A stretch of 64,000 nucleotides of DNA from an uncultured Acidimicrobiia bacterium (GTDB lineage: Bacteria; Acidobacteriota; Vicinamibacteria; Vicinamibacterales; UBA2999): NCBI GenBank assembly GCA_963784445.1, contig CAWARO010000006.1, positions 696,265 to 760,264 of the forward strand. The letters are read 5' to 3'. Below, in pieces: positions 60,634 to 64,000 of the stretch (position 1 is its first letter; every line of letters starts with the position of its first letter). The notes beneath the pieces are model-generated. The model ran no database searches. It worked only from the letters and a program-made list of their open reading frames with translations, and was not told where the DNA came from. The position numbers and the translations under genes were made by a program.

Positions 60634-62664
60634 ATGAACCGACCCAGCCGCTCGATGGTCAAATTCAGCGTTGTTGCGTTGCTGGTGGGCGTAGCCACCG
60701 TGTCGATGCGCGGGCAGTGGACGCCGAAAGTCGGTGAGTGGCCGACCTACAGCGGCGACCTCGCGGCGACGCGCTACTCCCCGCTCGATCAAATCAACGC
60801 GGGCAACTTCGGCAAGCTCCAACTTGCCTTCCGCTTCAAGACCGAGAACCTCGGGCCGCGACCCGAGTTCCAGTTTCAGAGCACACCATTGATGGTGAAC
60901 GGACGATTGTTCACCACGGCCGGCACGCGCCGCGCCGCGGTGGCGCTCGACGCCACCACCGGCGAGATGTTGTGGATGCACAGCATCAACGAAGGCAAGC
61001 GCGGCGAAGCAGCGCCACGCCTGCTGTCGGGACGCGGCCTCTCGTACTGGAGCGACGGCAAGGAGGAACGGATCATCTACGTGACGCCGGGGTACCAAAT
61101 GGTCGCGCTCGACGCGCGCACCGGCGACCGCGTGGCCGGCTTCGGCACCGGCGGCATCGTCGATCTGAAGGTCGGCCTCGATCAGGAAGGACTGGACCCG
61201 ACAACGGCGGAGATCGGCTTACACGCCGCGCCGATCATCGCGAAGGACGTGATCGTGATCGGGGCAGCGCACCGCGAAGGCACCGCACCGCGCAGCAAGA
61301 CCAACGTCAAAGGCTACATCCGCGGTTTCGACGTCCGCACCGGTAAGCGCATGTGGATCTTCCACACCATCCCGATGAAGGGTGAGGCCGGCTACGAAAC
61401 CTGGGATCCCGATGCGCACGTCTACACCGGCAACACCGGCGTGTGGGCGCAGATGAGCGCCGACGAAGAGCTCGGCATCGTCTACATGCCTGTCGAACTG
61501 CCGACCGCCGACTACTACGGCGGGCATAGACGCGGCAGCGCGAAGGGACCCGAGTCGTCGCTCTACTCGGAGAGCCTGGTGGCGCTCGACGTCAAGACCG
61601 GCCAGAAGAAATGGCATTACCAACTCGTGCATCACGGCATCTGGGATCACGACATTCCCTGCGCGCCGATCCTGATGGACCTGGTCGTCAACGGCAAGCC
61701 GGTGAAAGCCGTCGCCCAGCCGACGAAACAGAACTGGCTTTACGTGTTCGATCGCGCGACCGGCAAGCCGGTGTGGCCCATCGAAGAGCGGCCGGTTGAA
61801 AAGGGCGACGTGCCCGGCGAGTGGTATTCCCCCACCCAGCCGTTCGTCACCAAGCCCGACGCGTACGAGCGGCAGGGCGTGACGATTGACGATTTGATCG
61901 ACTACACGCCGGAGCTGCGCGCCGAAGCGGTGAAACTCGTGTCGCAGTACAAGCTCGGCCCCATCTTCACACCGCCCGTTGTCGGCAAATGGGAGGGCCC
62001 GCGCGGCACGTTGATGCTCCCCGATGTGACCGGCGGGGCGAACTGGCAGGGCGGATCGTTCGATCCCGAAACGAAGCGCTTCTACATCTTCACGAACGTG
62101 ACGATCACGCAGATCGGGTTGATCACGCCTGAACCGGACCGGTCGGACATGCTCTACGTGCGCGGCGCGGTGCGCAATCCGAATCCTCCGGCGCTACCGG
62201 CGCCGGGCCCGCCGGCCGCAGGCGGCGGCGGTGGCGGGTTGAATGTGCGCGGGCTGCCGCTGGTGAAGCCCCCGTACGCGACCATCTCCGCGATCGACAT
62301 GAACAAGGGCGATCTGCTGTGGAAGATTCCACACGGTGATACGGCGGATAACGTCAAGAACAACCCGGCGTTGAAAGGCGTGACGATTCCGCGAACCGGA
62401 CGCCAGGGCCGCATCGGCGTGCTGACCACCAAGACGTTGCTGATCGCCGGAGAAGGCGGCTTCAACACCACGCCCGATGGACGCGGCGCGTATCTACGCG
62501 CGTATGACAAGGTGACGGGCGCGGACGCGGGCCAGGTGTTCATGCCGGCGCCGCAGACCGGATCGCCGATGACCTATTCCATCAATGGCACGCAGTACAT
62601 CGCGGTGGCGGTCAGCGGGGCGGGGTTCCCAGGAGAACTGCTGGTCTACAAGCTCGCTCAGTAA
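60634..62664 (+). CDS. PQQ-dependent dehydrogenase, copy 2 (tandem paralogue)
   Basis: Colinear with copy 1 over its whole length. Most positions look identical by eye, with small insertions (for example GSAKGPESS and PPALPAPGPPAAGGGGG). Confidence 0.85.
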   Translation: MNRPSRSMVKFSVVALLVGVATVSMRGQWTPKVGEWPTYSGDLAATRYSPLDQINAGNFGKLQLAFRFKTENLGPRPEFQFQSTPLMVNGRLFTTAGTRRAAVALDATTGEMLWMHSINEGKRGEAAPRLLSGRGLSYWSDGKEERIIYVTPGYQMVALDARTGDRVAGFGTGGIVDLKVGLDQEGLDPTTAEIGLHAAPIIAKDVIVIGAAHREGTAPRSKTNVKGYIRGFDVRTGKRMWIFHTIPMKGEAGYETWDPDAHVYTGNTGVWAQMSADEELGIVYMPVELPTADYYGGHRRGSAKGPESSLYSESLVALDVKTGQKKWHYQLVHHGIWDHDIPCAPILMDLVVNGKPVKAVAQPTKQNWLYVFDRATGKPVWPIEERPVEKGDVPGEWYSPTQPFVTKPDAYERQGVTIDDLIDYTPELRAEAVKLVSQYKLGPIFTPPVVGKWEGPRGTLMLPDVTGGANWQGGSFDPETKRFYIFTNVTITQIGLITPEPDRSDMLYVRGAVRNPNPPALPAPGPPAAGGGGGGLNVRGLPLVKPPYATISAIDMNKGDLLWKIPHGDTADNVKNNPALKGVTIPRTGRQGRIGVLTTKTLLIAGEGGFNTTPDGRGAYLRAYDKVTGADAGQVFMPAPQTGSPMTYSINGTQYIAVAVSGAGFPGELLVYKLAQ

Positions 62665-63158
62665 CCACCCAGGCGAAGGGCGGTAATCTTCGCCTGCTCT
62701 TCGGCGGCAATGCGCAATTCGGCCGCGCGATCGTTTTGTAGCCGCGAGAGGAGCAGCGCCAGCATCTCCGCCGCGGTTTTTCCTGTCGCGCACACGATGA
62801 AGATGAACCCGAAGCGATTGAAATAGTCGGTGTTCGCTTGCGCGAGCGCGGTCAGTGTATCGGCGCCGGCAATGCCAATTCCCGACTGCTCTTTCGCCGA
62901 GAGATCGTGCGTTTGTGGAAAACGCGCTTCGAGCGCGGACCGATCGCCAATCCGCGGATGATGCGAGAACGCCTCGAGCCAATCGGCTTCGGTCAAGCCA
63001 AACCATTCGATCCGTGCCGCCCTGAGCAGCCGCGCATCACCGCCAAATGGCCGGCGCGCCATCATGCGATCAACCCAGCGCGACGCTCCGCATGCGCGCG
63101 TCAGGAGTGCGCGCGCGTCGGCGTCCGTGGCGGCGTCAAGTTCGTGCGAGCGTGCCAT
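62658..63158 (-). CDS. uraD: OHCU decarboxylase (2-oxo-4-hydroxy-4-carboxy-5-ureidoimidazoline decarboxylase)
   Basis: Motifs AFSHHPRIGD, EQSG and FGFIFIVCATGK. Confidence 0.85.
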   Translation of the reverse strand: MARSHELDAATDADARALLTRACGASRWVDRMMARRPFGGDARLLRAARIEWFGLTEADWLEAFSHHPRIGDRSALEARFPQTHDLSAKEQSGIGIAGADTLTALAQANTDYFNRFGFIFIVCATGKTAAEMLALLLSRLQNDRAAELRIAAEEQAKITALRLGGY

Positions 63159-64000
63159 GGATGCGCAAACGGCTTACGCCGCCGTCCGGAAAAATGTTGA
63201 GCCGCACGTGCGACACGGCCCCTACTGGCTGAAGCTGTTTGCCGGAATAGAAGTGCCGCTTGTTCGCCGACAGCTTCGTCTCCGGCAGGATCACCGACCA
63301 CGCCGCGGTGCGAAGCCGATCCGGCGACGCGCCCGGCGCCAGGCAGCCTTCGAGCGAGGCGCGATCGGGATAGTTGCCCTTGTAGTGATTCGTATCGATC
63401 TCGACCTTCGACAAGATTCCCGTCGCGCCGAGCCGAACAATCGCCCAGTCGTATCCGGGTCCGCGCCGGCGCCTGGTCTCCCATCCATCGCCCATGTTCT
63501 TCGCGCGGTCCGGCATGATCAACGCACCCTTGGTGCCGTAATGCATGTCGCTCGCATCGAGGAAGAGACCGCCATTGGTGATCGACGCGAGGTCAACGAC
63601 GTGGCCTTGTGGCGCGACGCGCGTCCAGTCAACCGCCACTTCACCGTAGACGCGCAAACGCGCCACACCACCATCGGGATAGATGCTCAACCGCAGGTGG
63701 GTCCACGGACGGCGATCCGAGATCGTGAAAAAGTTTTCCCCGTTACCGCGCAGCACTGATTTCTCGAGCAGGGTGGTCCACGGCGCGCCTTCGATCGCGT
63801 GCATCGATGGCTTCAGCCCGCGGGCCATGTCGACCGCTTCGATTGAACAATGCGACGGATAGTTGCCGGTAAAGTGACTGGTATCGACGTTGACGCCGTG
63901 CACGATGCCGCGCATGCCGAGCTCGACGATGCACCAGTCGTGACCGGGGACGCGGCGGCGGCGCGATTCCCAGCCGTCCATCCACTTCCCTTTCGACGTG
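63136..64000 (-). CDS. alc: Allantoicase (5' partial; runs off the window end)
   Basis: Two allantoicase repeats: WMDGWESRRRRVPGHDWCIVELG...VDTSHFTGNYP and DGWETRRRRGPGYDWAIVRLG...IDTNHYKGNYP. The frame is open to nt 64000. Confidence 0.85.
   Translation of the reverse strand, partial: TSKGKWMDGWESRRRRVPGHDWCIVELGMRGIVHGVNVDTSHFTGNYPSHCSIEAVDMARGLKPSMHAIEGAPWTTLLEKSVLRGNGENFFTISDRRPWTHLRLSIYPDGGVARLRVYGEVAVDWTRVAPQGHVVDLASITNGGLFLDASDMHYGTKGALIMPDRAKNMGDGWETRRRRGPGYDWAIVRLGATGILSKVEIDTNHYKGNYPDRASLEGCLAPGASPDRLRTAAWSVILPETKLSANKRHFYSGKQLQPVGAVSHVRLNIFPDGGVSRLRIHGTLART

Overview
A GC-rich chromosomal segment (about two-thirds G+C by eye, strong G/C bias at codon position 3) from a Gram-negative bacterium. 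The gene content (DUF1552/DUF1592, many exported beta-barrel proteins and lipoproteins, heavy sigma-54 use) suggests Acidobacteriota or a similar phylum, but this is a low-confidence inference. I found no rRNA, tRNA, CRISPR array, transposase, integrase or recognisable defence genes. Most of the long ORFs in the track that lie antisense to a gene are GC shadow ORFs.

Gene order along the window:
- 0-3 kb: outer-membrane (OM) barrel, lipase, formylglycine-generating enzyme.
- 3.4-8.3 kb, minus strand: operon CAX antiporter, VIT transporter, OM barrel, SulP, PPK2. It is divergent from a TRIC channel gene.
- 9.2-18.5 kb, minus strand: operon DcaP-like porin, Orn/Lys/Arg decarboxylase, AspT, aspartate 4-decarboxylase, AspT.
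- 18.7-20.6 kb: nrfHA.
- 20.7-29.8 kb, minus strand: pentose-phosphate operon (ROK kinase, gnd, zwf, GH63, tkt, ABM, OM channel).
- 30.6-34 kb: DUF3302, HlyD and NodT efflux operon.
- 34-39.9 kb, minus strand: eight-gene operon of exported and membrane proteins of unknown function.
- 40.8-46 kb: regulatory block (GAF sigma-54 activator, REC protein, LuxR regulator, sensor kinase), followed by an internally deleted kinase paralogue.
- 48-53.8 kb: ankyrin, DUF1552, DUF1592.
- 54-62.7 kb: periplasmic oxidation genes (HpcH-like protein, two-subunit GMC dehydrogenase, PEBP, two tandem PQQ dehydrogenases).
- 62.7-64 kb: uraD and allantoicase.

Main observations:
1. Eight -24/-12 (sigma-54-type) promoter motifs sit directly upstream of operon starts, and six of them form three back-to-back pairs.
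2. One of these motifs fronts the uncharacterised eight-gene envelope operon beside the GAF enhancer-binding protein. This is my best candidate for an undescribed system.
3. An aspartate decarboxylase/antiporter island carries duplicated antiporters and its own porin.
4. At least 16 single-base frameshifts are clustered in a few genes.
5. There are families of small intergenic repeats.
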